A stretch of 64,000 nucleotides of DNA. Source: Dehalococcoidia bacterium (lineage in GTDB: Bacteria; Chloroflexota; Dehalococcoidia; UBA2979). Of this stretch, positions 27,338 through 38,337 are shown piece after piece. Within the stretch, counting starts at the first letter, position 1. Each line of letters opens with the position of its first letter. The stretch lies in the NCBI GenBank assembly GCA_965219085.1, contig OZ244720.1, positions 451,684 to 515,683 on the forward strand, given 5' to 3'. The position numbers and the translations under genes were made by a program. Below the pieces are notes generated by a model. It did not search any database and was not told where the DNA came from. It worked only from the letters and a program-made list of their open reading frames with translations.

Positions 27338-28561
27338 CTAGCCGCGCGGCAGCGCCAGTCCGCGCGTCGCGATGATGTTGCGCTGGATCTCGTTCGAGCC
27401 GCCGAAGATCGTGAACACCACGCTGTGCACGTAGAGCTGCGTGAAGCGCGCGTCCAGCGGGGTCAGCTCGTGCGCGCGGTCCCAGATGTTCGAGTAGAGC
27501 CCGAACGCCTTCATGCCGGTGTTCGCCGTGCGCTGTTCCAGTTCCGAGCCGAAGATCTTCGAGGTTGACGCCTCGTAGTTCGGGACCATGCCGCCCGCCT
27601 GCATCGAGATGATGCGGAACGAGAAGTTGAAGAGCACCTCGGACTCGATCCAGCGGTCGGCGATCGCCGACCGCGTGGTGCGCGCCCGGTCCTGCGTCCG
27701 CAACTGGCCGTCGTCCGTACCCATGTAGTCGATGAGCGACCGGAGCCGCCGCCGCGTCTCGACGGCGCCGGCGATGTTGGAGCGCTCGAAGTCGAGCAGG
27801 GTCATGCCGACGTACCAGCCGCGGTTGACCTCGCCGATGACGTTGTTGGCCGGCACGTGTACGTCCTCGAAGAACGTCTCGTTGGTGGCGTGCTCAAAGC
27901 CCATCGAGATGATGGGGCGGACGGAGATACCGTTGTTGGTCTGCGGCATGACCATGAAGGTGATGCCGCGGTGCTTCGGGGCGTCGGGGTCGGTGCGGAA
28001 CATCCCGAACAGCCAGTTGGACTTGTGGGCCGAAGAGGTCCACATCTTCTGGCCGTTGATGATGTACTCGTCGCCGTCGCGGATGGCGCGCGTCTGCAGC
28101 GAGGCGAGGTCAGAGCCGGCGCCCGGCTCCGAGAAGCCCTGCGACCACAGCATCTCGCCGCTCAGCGACGGCGCCAGCAGGCGCTCCTTCTGCTCGTCGG
28201 TGCCGTGGATCAGGACCGTCGGCCCGAGGAGCGAGAGGCCGCTCCCGCCGACCATCGGCGCCTCGGCCTCGGCCATCTCCATGTTGAAGATGAACTGCTC
28301 CATGGCGGTGAGGCCGGCGCCGCCGTACTCCTGCGGCCAGTGCGGAGCGACCCAGTTGCGCGACGACATGGTGTCGGCCCACTCCTGCGCCGCGGCCTTC
28401 GCCTCGTCGCTGCCGTGGGCCATGTCCTGCTGCCAGTCATCCTCGAGGGTGACGGCGTTCCAGACCCGCTTGTCCCTGTAGTACTGCGGCAGGTTCGAGT
28501 CGATGAACGAGCGCACGTTCTCGCGGAACGCCGCCTGCTCTGCCGTGTCTTCCCAATCCAT
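27338..28561 (-). CDS. acyl-CoA dehydrogenase (copy 1)
   Basis: 407 aa ACAD fold (N, middle, C domains). Confidence 0.88.
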   Translation of the reverse strand: MDWEDTAEQAAFRENVRSFIDSNLPQYYRDKRVWNAVTLEDDWQQDMAHGSDEAKAAAQEWADTMSSRNWVAPHWPQEYGGAGLTAMEQFIFNMEMAEAEAPMVGGSGLSLLGPTVLIHGTDEQKERLLAPSLSGEMLWSQGFSEPGAGSDLASLQTRAIRDGDEYIINGQKMWTSSAHKSNWLFGMFRTDPDAPKHRGITFMVMPQTNNGISVRPIISMGFEHATNETFFEDVHVPANNVIGEVNRGWYVGMTLLDFERSNIAGAVETRRRLRSLIDYMGTDDGQLRTQDRARTTRSAIADRWIESEVLFNFSFRIISMQAGGMVPNYEASTSKIFGSELEQRTANTGMKAFGLYSNIWDRAHELTPLDARFTQLYVHSVVFTIFGGSNEIQRNIIATRGLALPRG

Positions 28562-28679
28562 GTGCTGCCTCCTCGTGTGCGCGTCGCGTCCCGCGTGCTT
28601 GCTGCGGGGGATTCTACCAGCCCTTTCGTTACGTCCCCGGCGGTCGGCCGAGCGCCTTCGGCGGCGGGCACACGCAAAC

Positions 28680-28701
28680 GCGCCCCGGTTGCCCGGGGCG
28701 C
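28680..28701. terminator. duplicated copy of the GC hairpin (part of duplicated unit)
   Basis: GCGCCCCGG ttgc CCGGGGCGC. Confidence 0.35.
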
Positions 28702-28726
28702 GCTGCGTTGTGCGTGCGAGGTGGGA

Positions 28727-29950
28727 CTAGCTGCGAGGCAGCGCCAGTCCGCGCGTCGCGATGATGTTGCGCTGGATCTCGTTCGAGCCGCCGAAGATCG
28801 TGAACACCACGCTGTGCACGTAGAGCTGCGTGAAGCGCGCGTCCAGCGGGGTCAGCTCGTGCGCGCGGTCCCAGATGTTCGCGTACAGGCCGAACGCCTT
28901 CATGCCGGTGTTCGCCGTGCGCTGCGACAGCTCCGAGCTGAAGATCTTGGAGGTCGACGCCTCGTAGTTCGGCACCATGCCGCCCGCCTGCATCGAGATG
29001 ATGCGGAACGAGAAGTTGAACAGCACCTCGGACTCGATCCAGCGGTCGGCGATCGCCGACCGCGTGGTGCGCGCGCGGTCCTGCGTCCGCAGCTCGCCCT
29101 CGTCCGTGCCCATGTAGTCGATGAGCGACTCCAGCCGCCGCCGCGTCTCGACCGCGCCGGCGATGTTGGAGCGCTCGAAGTCGAGCAGCGTCATGCCGAC
29201 GTACCAGCCGCGGTTCTCCTCGCCGATGACGTTGTTAGCGGGGACGTGTACGTCCTCGAAGAAGGTCTCGTTGGTGGCGTGCTCGAAGCCCATCGAGATG
29301 ATCGGGCGTACCGAAATGCCGTTGTCGGTCTGCGGCATGACCATGAAGCTGATGCCGCGGTGCTTCGGCGCGTCGGGGTCGGTGCGGAACAGCCCGAACA
29401 GCCAGTTGGACTTGTGGGCCGTGGAGGTCCACATCTTCTGGCCGTTGATGACGTACTCGTCGCCGTCGCGCACCGCGCGCGTCTGCAGCGAGGCGAGGTC
29501 TGAGCCGGCGCCCGGCTCGGAGAAGCCCTGCGACCACAGCATCTCGCCGCGCAGCGTCGGCGCCAGCAGGCGCTCCTTCTGCTCGTCGGTGCCGTGGATC
29601 AGCACCGTCGGACCCATCAGCGAGAGGCCCTGCCCGCCGACCATGGGGGCCTCGGCCTCGGCCATCTCCATGTTGAAGATGAACTGCTCCATGGTGGTGA
29701 GGCCGGCGCCGCCGTACGCCTGCGGCCAGTGCGGGGCGACCCAGCTGCGCTGCGACATGCGGTCGGACCACTCCTGCGCCGCGGTCTTCGCCTGGTCGCT
29801 GCCGTGGACCATGTCCATCTGCCAGTCATCCTCGAGGGTGACGGCGTCCCACGCGCGCTTGTCCTTGTAGTACTGCGGCAGGTTCGAGTCGATGAACGAC
29901 CGGACGTCATCGCGGAACGTTGCCTGCTCTGCCGTGTCTGCCCAATCCAT
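28727..29950 (-). CDS. acyl-CoA dehydrogenase (copy 2, about 90% identical paralog)
   Basis: Same length and near-identical sequence to copy 1; 1389-bp period. Confidence 0.88.
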   Translation of the reverse strand: MDWADTAEQATFRDDVRSFIDSNLPQYYKDKRAWDAVTLEDDWQMDMVHGSDQAKTAAQEWSDRMSQRSWVAPHWPQAYGGAGLTTMEQFIFNMEMAEAEAPMVGGQGLSLMGPTVLIHGTDEQKERLLAPTLRGEMLWSQGFSEPGAGSDLASLQTRAVRDGDEYVINGQKMWTSTAHKSNWLFGLFRTDPDAPKHRGISFMVMPQTDNGISVRPIISMGFEHATNETFFEDVHVPANNVIGEENRGWYVGMTLLDFERSNIAGAVETRRRLESLIDYMGTDEGELRTQDRARTTRSAIADRWIESEVLFNFSFRIISMQAGGMVPNYEASTSKIFSSELSQRTANTGMKAFGLYANIWDRAHELTPLDARFTQLYVHSVVFTIFGGSNEIQRNIIATRGLALPRS

Positions 29951-30047
29951 GTGTTGCCTCCTCGATGCGCGCGTGGCGTCCCCGCGTACTTGCTGCGGGG
30001 CAGTCTACCAAGCTTTCTTGTTACGTCTCCCCCGTCGCCGACCCTCG

Positions 30048-30713
30048 TCAGGCGGCGGTGATGAACTGGTGGAGCAGGTCGTAGACCTCCTCCTCCACAC
30101 CCTGGAGACGGTGCCCCGTGCCCGGCAGGATCACCATGTGTTTCGGGTCCTTCGCGCGCTGGTAGATGTCGTCCGAGGCCAGCGGCAGCAGGACCTGGTC
30201 GTCCGCCCCGTGGATCAGCAGCAGCGGCTTGTTGAGCTGTTCGACCTCCTGTGTGCCGTAGCGCTGCGCGGCCAGCGCCGCCACGGCCGTGAGGAACGGG
30301 CTGAGCACGCCCGACTTGATCGCGACCGCCCCGGCGTACGAGTGCCCGACGACCACCGCCCGGCCGCCGCCGAGCCCCTTCAGCAGCGAGCACGCCGCGA
30401 GGACGTCGATCACGGTCTCCTCGAGCTCACCGCTGAGCCGCGGGTTGATGCGCAGCGAGGTCACGCCCTGCTCGACGAGGTCCTCCGCGAGGCGGGCGTA
30501 GACGCCCCCGGCGGGGCCCTCGGCGCCGACGAAGATCGCGCACTTCACGCTGCCCTCGCTCGGGTCCATGAGCGCGGTGAGCGGGCCGTGGTTCGTCTCG
30601 ATGCTCAGCTCCAGGCGATTGCCCTCGCCCGTCGGCTGCGCGGAGACCTGTTCGATGCGAACGACGATGTCGCCGTCCGGCTCGGCCATGCTGCCGGATC
30701 CCTGGCTCACCAT
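30048..30713 (-). CDS. alpha/beta hydrolase (dienelactone hydrolase-like)
   Basis: GHSYAG nucleophile elbow, catalytic His near C-terminus. Confidence 0.7.
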   Translation of the reverse strand: MVSQGSGSMAEPDGDIVVRIEQVSAQPTGEGNRLELSIETNHGPLTALMDPSEGSVKCAIFVGAEGPAGGVYARLAEDLVEQGVTSLRINPRLSGELEETVIDVLAACSLLKGLGGGRAVVVGHSYAGAVAIKSGVLSPFLTAVAALAAQRYGTQEVEQLNKPLLLIHGADDQVLLPLASDDIYQRAKDPKHMVILPGTGHRLQGVEEEVYDLLHQFITAA

Positions 30714-30744
30714 CGCTTGCCTCCCCGTGCTGGGGGCCTCGTCA

Positions 30745-31377
30745 TCATCGTCCCCGGCGGCCGAAGCGTTCGCGGAACTCCTCGGTGGTGTTCACGTGCG
30801 GGTACGGGTCGTCGGGCACGGGCACGTCGAAGAACTCGCACAGCGGCCCCCAGCCACTGCCGGTCTCGTAGACTAGGAGCCGGTCCGGCGGGATCGTCGC
30901 CTTCACCTTCTCGGTGTGCGCCTCGTAGACGCCGATGACGTGGTCCTTGTCCTCCATGCGGTCGTCGAAGTTGGCTTCCCAGATCAACGAGTTCGCCCAC
31001 TTCGCCCGCTCCCGCTCCGTCTCATCCTCGGCGGTCAGGCCCGAGGACGTGCTGAGGTGGATCGTGTTGCGGATGCTCGCGTACCAGCGCTCCGGGTCGC
31101 GCACGCTGAGCAGCACCTTCGACTCCGGGTAGTGCTCGGACAGCTCCTCCCAGAAGTCGCACGCGGGCCAGTCGACCGAGGCCTTGAAGCCCTCGAAGAG
31201 GGCATCCCAGTCGACGGGCTCGCCGCGCCGGGCCGCCGACCACTGGTCGCGGTGGTCCGGATAGTTACCGACTTCGAGCATGTGGTAGCACTTGTCGAAG
31301 CCGATCTGCTCCAGCGCGTGCTTCAGCGAGAGCGTGCCCGTGCGGCCGAAGCCCGCGCCGACGATATCCAGCGCCAC
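30745..31377 (-). CDS. sulfotransferase family protein
   Basis: PAPS-binding P-loop-like GAGFGRTGT at N-terminus, about 210 aa. Confidence 0.7.
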   Translation of the reverse strand: MALDIVGAGFGRTGTLSLKHALEQIGFDKCYHMLEVGNYPDHRDQWSAARRGEPVDWDALFEGFKASVDWPACDFWEELSEHYPESKVLLSVRDPERWYASIRNTIHLSTSSGLTAEDETERERAKWANSLIWEANFDDRMEDKDHVIGVYEAHTEKVKATIPPDRLLVYETGSGWGPLCEFFDVPVPDDPYPHVNTTEEFRERFGRRGR

Positions 31378-31384
31378 GGAGCCG

Positions 31385-32506
31385 CTACGCCTCGACCGTG
31401 GCGCCGACGCGTTCGAAGCAGTCCAGCGCCTCCTCGGCGAGGCCGTAGACGACGTCGGCGGCGGGCCGGATGGCGTGGATGCCGACGGCGCTCTGGCCGG
31501 CCGGGGTGGTCATCCACTCCTCCATCTTGCCGTCCTTGATGCCGTCGAGGATGTCCCCGACGAGCATGCCCTGCAGCGGCATCGGCAGCGGGTCCGGCGC
31601 GTCGGGCTGCTTCCACGCGTCCGACCAGCGCGAGGGCAGCTGGCGGACCGGCTTGCCGGACATCGCGCGTGACTGGATCGGGTCCTCGGCGCGCGCCTCG
31701 ATCAGGCGCTGCTTGAGGAACATCTCGGTCTCCGACTCGTGTGTGGCGAGCCAGATCGTGCCCGTCCAGACGCCGGCGGCGCCCATGGTCAGCGTGGCTG
31801 CGAGCTGCTTGCCGTTGTTGATGCCGCCCGCGGCGAGCACGAGCGAGTTCGAGCCCTTCGCCATCTCGACCACCTCAGGCACGAGCGTGAAGGTGCCGAC
31901 GGTGCCGCTGTGGCCGCCCGAGTCGTAGCCCTGCGCGACGATCACGTCGACGCCGGCGTCGACCTGGCGCTGCGCCTGGCGTGGCAGGCCGACCAGACCC
32001 CACACCTTCATCCCCGCCTCGTGCGCGCGTTCGAGGATGAACGCGGGGCTGCCGAGGCCGGACACGAAGATCGGCACCTGCTCCTCGAAGAGGACCTCAA
32101 GCGAGGTGCGCGAGCGTTCGAGCAGGTCGTGGCTGCTGGGCCTGGATTCGTTGGGGTCGGGGTCGGGGATGCCGTGCTCGTCCTTGAGGTTCTGGATGAA
32201 CGCCCGGTGCTCGTCCGGGATCATCTCCTCGAGGTCCTCGAGGTTGCCCTGGACGAAGGACGCCGGCACGAGCAGGTCGATGCCGAACGGCTTGTCGCCG
32301 ACCTTGTCGCGGATCCAGCGGATGTCGGAGCGCAGCTCGTCGGGCGTCAGGCTCGTCGCGCCGAGGACGCCGATGCCGCCGGCGTTGCTGACGGCGGCGA
32401 TGACGTCCTTGGTGTGGGCGAACGCGACGACCGGCAACTCGGCGCCGTACTCCTCGCACAGTCTCGAATGCAGTGGGTTACTCATCGGGGGTCTCCTTTC
32501 GGTCAA
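31385..32506 (-). CDS. nitronate monooxygenase (NMO) family FMN oxidoreductase
   Basis: TIM-barrel NMO sequence; start ambiguous (M1 or M8). Confidence 0.8.
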   Translation of the reverse strand: MTERRPPMSNPLHSRLCEEYGAELPVVAFAHTKDVIAAVSNAGGIGVLGATSLTPDELRSDIRWIRDKVGDKPFGIDLLVPASFVQGNLEDLEEMIPDEHRAFIQNLKDEHGIPDPDPNESRPSSHDLLERSRTSLEVLFEEQVPIFVSGLGSPAFILERAHEAGMKVWGLVGLPRQAQRQVDAGVDVIVAQGYDSGGHSGTVGTFTLVPEVVEMAKGSNSLVLAAGGINNGKQLAATLTMGAAGVWTGTIWLATHESETEMFLKQRLIEARAEDPIQSRAMSGKPVRQLPSRWSDAWKQPDAPDPLPMPLQGMLVGDILDGIKDGKMEEWMTTPAGQSAVGIHAIRPAADVVYGLAEEALDCFERVGATVEA

Positions 32507-32629
32507 GGCGGAGTCTAGGGGAAATCGAGCAGGCGGTGGCGGCCGGGGTCACATCCCCCGCGCCCGACGATGCGAGATACCCTCGACACGCGGCGGTCGA
32601 GGCGTCACGGGAGAGCGGGAGCGAGCGAT

Positions 32630-34585
<1,956 letters not shown>

Positions 34586-34598
34586 GAAGCCGGATGCG

Positions 34599-34625
34599 GT
34601 CTGCGGGGGCATTGCCCCCGCAGAC
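34599..34625. terminator. rho-independent terminator of peptidase gene
   Basis: GTCTGCGGGGG cattg CCCCCGCAGAC 11-bp stem 14 nt after stop, followed by U-rich CGAUCUAUCAUGGGUUGUAUU. Confidence 0.55.
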
Positions 34626-34654
34626 GATCTATCATGGGTTGTATTAGCGTGAGC

Positions 34655-34774
34655 TTAGTCCAGCGTAGTGATGTTCACTATCGTGATGTCCACTGTAGTG
34701 TTGATAACGACTGAAACCCGCAATAGTAGTGCAGCTAAGACAGCGCCACAAAGTAATCGAGCAGTTGTGTACAT
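34655..34774 (-). CDS. 39-aa small ORF (hydrophobic N-terminus, Ile/Thr/Val-rich C-terminus) in low-GC pocket
   Basis: AGAAAGGAGG (full anti-SD complement) 6 nt before ATG at 34774; MYTTARLLCGAVLAALLLRVSVVINTTVDITIVNITTLD; rare codons. Confidence 0.4.
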   Translation of the reverse strand: MYTTARLLCGAVLAALLLRVSVVINTTVDITIVNITTLD

Positions 34775-35011
34775 TGTGTTCCTCCTTTCTGGCGTCGGCG
34801 GGCGTCTGGCTCGACGCCCGGTGCTGATGCAGCGTCGAGGGCGACGGGTCGGACCCACGCCAAGTTCCGACCACGGACATGATACTACGGCGGCGAGACA
34901 GGGGTCATCGGAAGCCGTGACTAAGAGCGCGGGAAGCCGCACCGCGTCGGTTATCTCTGGCCACGCGCGCGGCGACCGGGCCGTACTGGGACAGCGCGCT
35001 AGGATTCGTAT

Positions 35012-36361
35012 ATGAGCCGCTCGTCTGCCGGCCCGGCCGCCGAAGAGCCACCACCCGTGCCGCCCACCGCGAGGCGGCGAGGCGTGTTCTGGGGCTGGTG
35101 GCTCGTCATCGGCGCGACCGTCGGGCAGTTCGTGGCCCTGGGCTCCTCCGGCGGGATTGCCGGCGTCTTCCTGCGCCCGATGACCGAGGACCTCGGCTGG
35201 ACCGCCGCCGAGTACACCCTCGGCGGCTCGGCCGCGTTCCTGCTCGGGGGCGCCATCGGCGTCGTGGTCGGGCAACTCGTCGACCGCTACGGCGCGCGGC
35301 CGCTGATGCTGGTTGGCGCGTTCGTCTATGTCGGCTCGTTCCTCGCCATGGCGCGCGTCGAGGTGCTGTGGCAGTTCGTCGTGCTCTCGATGCTGTCAGG
35401 GGGCGCGGGCTACACGCTGGTCGGGCCGCTCGTCGTCAACGCGGCGCTCGCGAAGTGGTTCGTCGTGCGGCGCGGCTGGGCGATCGCGCTGGGCTCCTCG
35501 GGCATCTCGCTCGCGGGGCTGATCATGCCTGTCACGATGACGCGTGTCGTCGACTCGATCGGGTGGCGCGACGCCTACGTGATCCTCGCCGTGTTCGTGT
35601 TCGCGATCCTGGCGCCGGTCGCGCTCGTCATGCGGAGGCAGCCCGAGGACTACGGGCTGCTGCCGGACGGGCTCGACCCCGACGCCGAGGCAGGCGTCGA
35701 TGCCGAGGCGGTCGAGGCGCAGGAGCGCGACGCCGCCAACTCCTACACGCGCGGCGAGGCGCTGCGCACGCCCGCGATCTGGCTGCTCATCGCCGGCTTC
35801 GGGCTGAACATCATGGCGCTGACGGCGATCCTCGTACACGCCATCCCGTTCCTCACCGACCACGGGTTCACGCGCACCGAGGCCGCGCTGGCGATCGCCG
35901 TCAACGGGGGCGCCAACCTCGGCTCGAAGTTCGTGTGGGGCTACTTCCTGCAGCGCGTCAACGTCCGCTACCTGGGTGCGACGGCGCTGTCGATCTCGGC
36001 GATGGGGGTGGTGCTCATGCTGGTTTCGGGGGAGGCGGGCGCGCTGCCGCTGATGTTCTTCGCGTTTTTCTGCTGGGGCTTCGGCTTCGGCGGCACGATA
36101 CCGGTGAGCGAGTTCATCTGGGCGAAGTACTTCGGGCGCGTGCACATCGGGGCGGTGCGAGGGGTAGGCGTGCCGTTCACCATCGTGTTTGGGGCGCTGG
36201 GCCCGATCCTCGCGGGCCTCTACTTCGACGCAGCCGGGTCGTACGGGGGCGTGTTCGCGTTCTTCGTCGCTGCATACCTCACGGGTGCGCTGGCGATTCT
36301 CGCCTCGCGCGAGCCACCGCCGAAGCCGGTCCCGGCAGTGGCTACGGGTGACGCCGCCTAG
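35012..36361 (+). CDS. MFS transporter (oxalate/formate antiporter-like family)
   Basis: 12-TM MFS sequence; true start possibly further downstream. Confidence 0.8.
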   Translation: MSRSSAGPAAEEPPPVPPTARRRGVFWGWWLVIGATVGQFVALGSSGGIAGVFLRPMTEDLGWTAAEYTLGGSAAFLLGGAIGVVVGQLVDRYGARPLMLVGAFVYVGSFLAMARVEVLWQFVVLSMLSGGAGYTLVGPLVVNAALAKWFVVRRGWAIALGSSGISLAGLIMPVTMTRVVDSIGWRDAYVILAVFVFAILAPVALVMRRQPEDYGLLPDGLDPDAEAGVDAEAVEAQERDAANSYTRGEALRTPAIWLLIAGFGLNIMALTAILVHAIPFLTDHGFTRTEAALAIAVNGGANLGSKFVWGYFLQRVNVRYLGATALSISAMGVVLMLVSGEAGALPLMFFAFFCWGFGFGGTIPVSEFIWAKYFGRVHIGAVRGVGVPFTIVFGALGPILAGLYFDAAGSYGGVFAFFVAAYLTGALAILASREPPPKPVPAVATGDAA

Positions 36362-37151
36362 CGCGACAGCACCTCGTCGAAGAACGCGTCGACGCGCGCG
36401 TTGAACACCTCGGGCATCTCCCAGTACAGCGAGTGGCCAGCCTCCGGCACACGCTCGATGCGCGAGCCGCGCACGCGCTGCTGCGCCGCGGCCGTGACCT
36501 CGATCGGTATGACCCCGTCCTCCTCGCCGGCGAGGAACAGTACCGGCGCCTCGAGCCGCGCGAGGTCCCCGACGGGGATCGCGCCGTCCTCGATCGAGTA
36601 CGTGCTGGGCAGGTTGAGCGGGGGGTTGCCGAGCGTACCTGCTGGTAGAGGAAGACGCCCTCGGGGTGCTCGTCCTTGAAGCGCTGCCCGACCATCGTGG
36701 TCTGCTCGGCGGCCGGCCCGGCCGGATCGATCTGGCTGAGGCCCTCCCAGTGCTTGCGCGCCCGCGCAACGAGGTCCTCGTCGCCGACGCCGAGGAAGGT
36801 GTTGGCCATGACCAGTGCCCACACGCGCTCCGGGTGCGTGCCGGCAAAGGTCATGCCCGTGAACCCGCCCATCGATTGCGCCACGATCGCCGTCGACGCG
36901 ATGCCGAGGTGGTCGAGGAGTTCCTCGAGGTCGCGGCGGTACGCGCGCATGGTCTCGCCGGAGTGGTCGAGGCTCTGGCCGAAGCCGCGGTGGTCGATCG
37001 TGATGCAGCGGTAGCGACGCGAGAAGTGCGGGACCTGCTGCCACCAGCTCATGTGGTTCCCGCCCGCGCCGTGCGCGAAGACGATGGCGCGATCGCCATC
37101 GCCACCATCCTCGTAGTACAGCTCGCCGCCGGTCACCGGGAGCATGGGCAT
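36358..37151 (-). pseudogene. alpha/beta hydrolase, frameshifted near 36620 (next to a G6 run)
   Basis: N-terminal 165 aa (HGAGGNHMSW, AQSMGGF) in one frame, C-terminal ...LGNPPLNLPSTYSIEDG...EAGHSLYWEMPEVFNARVDAFFDEVLSR in the +2 frame; junction next to CCCCCC run. Confidence 0.5.
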
Positions 37152-37270
37152 CGCAGACCTCCCCGCGGGGTATACCCCGCATCCCAGAGCGATGGTGCCA
37201 CGTGCGCAGCCTACCCCGTTATGGGCTCGCGTCGTGGTACCGTCACGCGAGGCACCGAAGGGGGAGCACG

Positions 37271-38131
37271 ATGACGAGCGAGCCGGACACCAGCACCTGG
37301 AAGAAGACGCCCGATGGGATCGCGATCCCGCCGCCCTCGCCCGACGACGTGCTCTACGAGGCCGCCGACGGCGTGGCGAAGATCACGCTCAACCGCCCGA
37401 TCGTGCTCAACGCGATCAACAAGAACGTGACGCGGCTCCTCGATGGGGCGCTCGACCAGGCCGAGGCCGACGAGGACGTGCGCGCGGTGATCCTCACCGG
37501 CGCCGGCCGCGCCTTCTCGGCGGGTGGCGACCTGTGGGCCTCGCTCTACCCGGACGACGACCCCGCGCCGGACGCACTCGACGTGCAGCTGCGCATCTGG
37601 TCGTTCGACAAGCCGGTGATCGCGGCCGTGCGCGGCCACGCGGTCGGGCAGGCGTGCGAGCTGGCCGGGGTGTGCGACTTCACGATCGCGGCGGAGAGCG
37701 CGCGGCTTGGCGAGATCCAGATTCGCCACGGCTTCGGCGTGCCCGTGCTGATCACCCCCTACATCACCGGCCAGAAGCAGGCCAAGGAGGTGATGCTGCT
37801 GGGCGAGGTGATCCTGCCCCAGGACGCGCTGCGCATGGGCCTCGTCAATCGCGTCGTGCCCGACGACGAGTTGGACGAGGCGGCGATGGAGATGGCGCGC
37901 AAGCTCGCGGCGCTGCCGCCGGTGGCGGTGCGGCTCAACAAGCGCCTCGTGAACCTCGTGTACGAGCAGATGGGGCTCATCGACGCCGTGCGCTACCGCG
38001 ACAACGAAGCGCTGCGGGAGCTGCTCGAGGCCGACGACACCGTCGGCGCGGGACGGCAGCGCATTCGGGAGGAGCAGGGCTGGGCCGCGTTCAAGCGCGA
38101 GCGCGACCGCGGATACGAGCAGTCCGGCTAG
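37271..38131 (+). CDS. enoyl-CoA hydratase/isomerase family protein
   Basis: ATG at 37271 with GAAGGGGGAG RBS; crotonase fold motifs. Confidence 0.85.
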   Translation: MTSEPDTSTWKKTPDGIAIPPPSPDDVLYEAADGVAKITLNRPIVLNAINKNVTRLLDGALDQAEADEDVRAVILTGAGRAFSAGGDLWASLYPDDDPAPDALDVQLRIWSFDKPVIAAVRGHAVGQACELAGVCDFTIAAESARLGEIQIRHGFGVPVLITPYITGQKQAKEVMLLGEVILPQDALRMGLVNRVVPDDELDEAAMEMARKLAALPPVAVRLNKRLVNLVYEQMGLIDAVRYRDNEALRELLEADDTVGAGRQRIREEQGWAAFKRERDRGYEQSG

Positions 38132-38337
38132 CAAGAACGCCCAGGCGCCCGCGCGGTGGCGCGGAGCGGTCGCGGCGCTAGAATAGCCCGCGCAATGCCC
38201 ACGGGCGCCAACAAGGAGGCTGCCGCATCGCCAGCACATACTCACCGGTAGCCGTCGACCACCAACTCGACCCCATCTTCAACCCGCGAGGGGTCGCCGT
38301 CGTCGGCGTTTCGACGCGGCCAGGGCCCGACGGGCGC

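Noticed and set aside
25480-27341. 607-aa minus-strand ORF and 507-aa plus-strand alternate-frame ORF over the MFS gene
   Set aside because: Arg/Pro/Gly-rich artefacts; MFS frame (25747..27243 +) has proper TM-helix composition.
34668-35015. Plus-strand ORF MMFTIVMSTVVLITT... mirroring the smORF
   Set aside because: No RBS; appears only because the AT-rich stretch gives hydrophobic codons on both strands. The minus-strand smORF has a near-perfect SD and is preferred. Also the 206-aa minus ORF 34655..35275 is rejected except its last 39 codons.
35098-36847. Alternate-frame ORF 35098..36351 + and antisense ORF 35396..36847 -
   Set aside because: Low-complexity artefacts overlapping the OFA-type MFS gene.
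37144-38245. ORFs 37144..38181 + and 37211..38245 -
   Set aside because: Frame artefacts around the enoyl-CoA hydratase gene (37271..38131 +).
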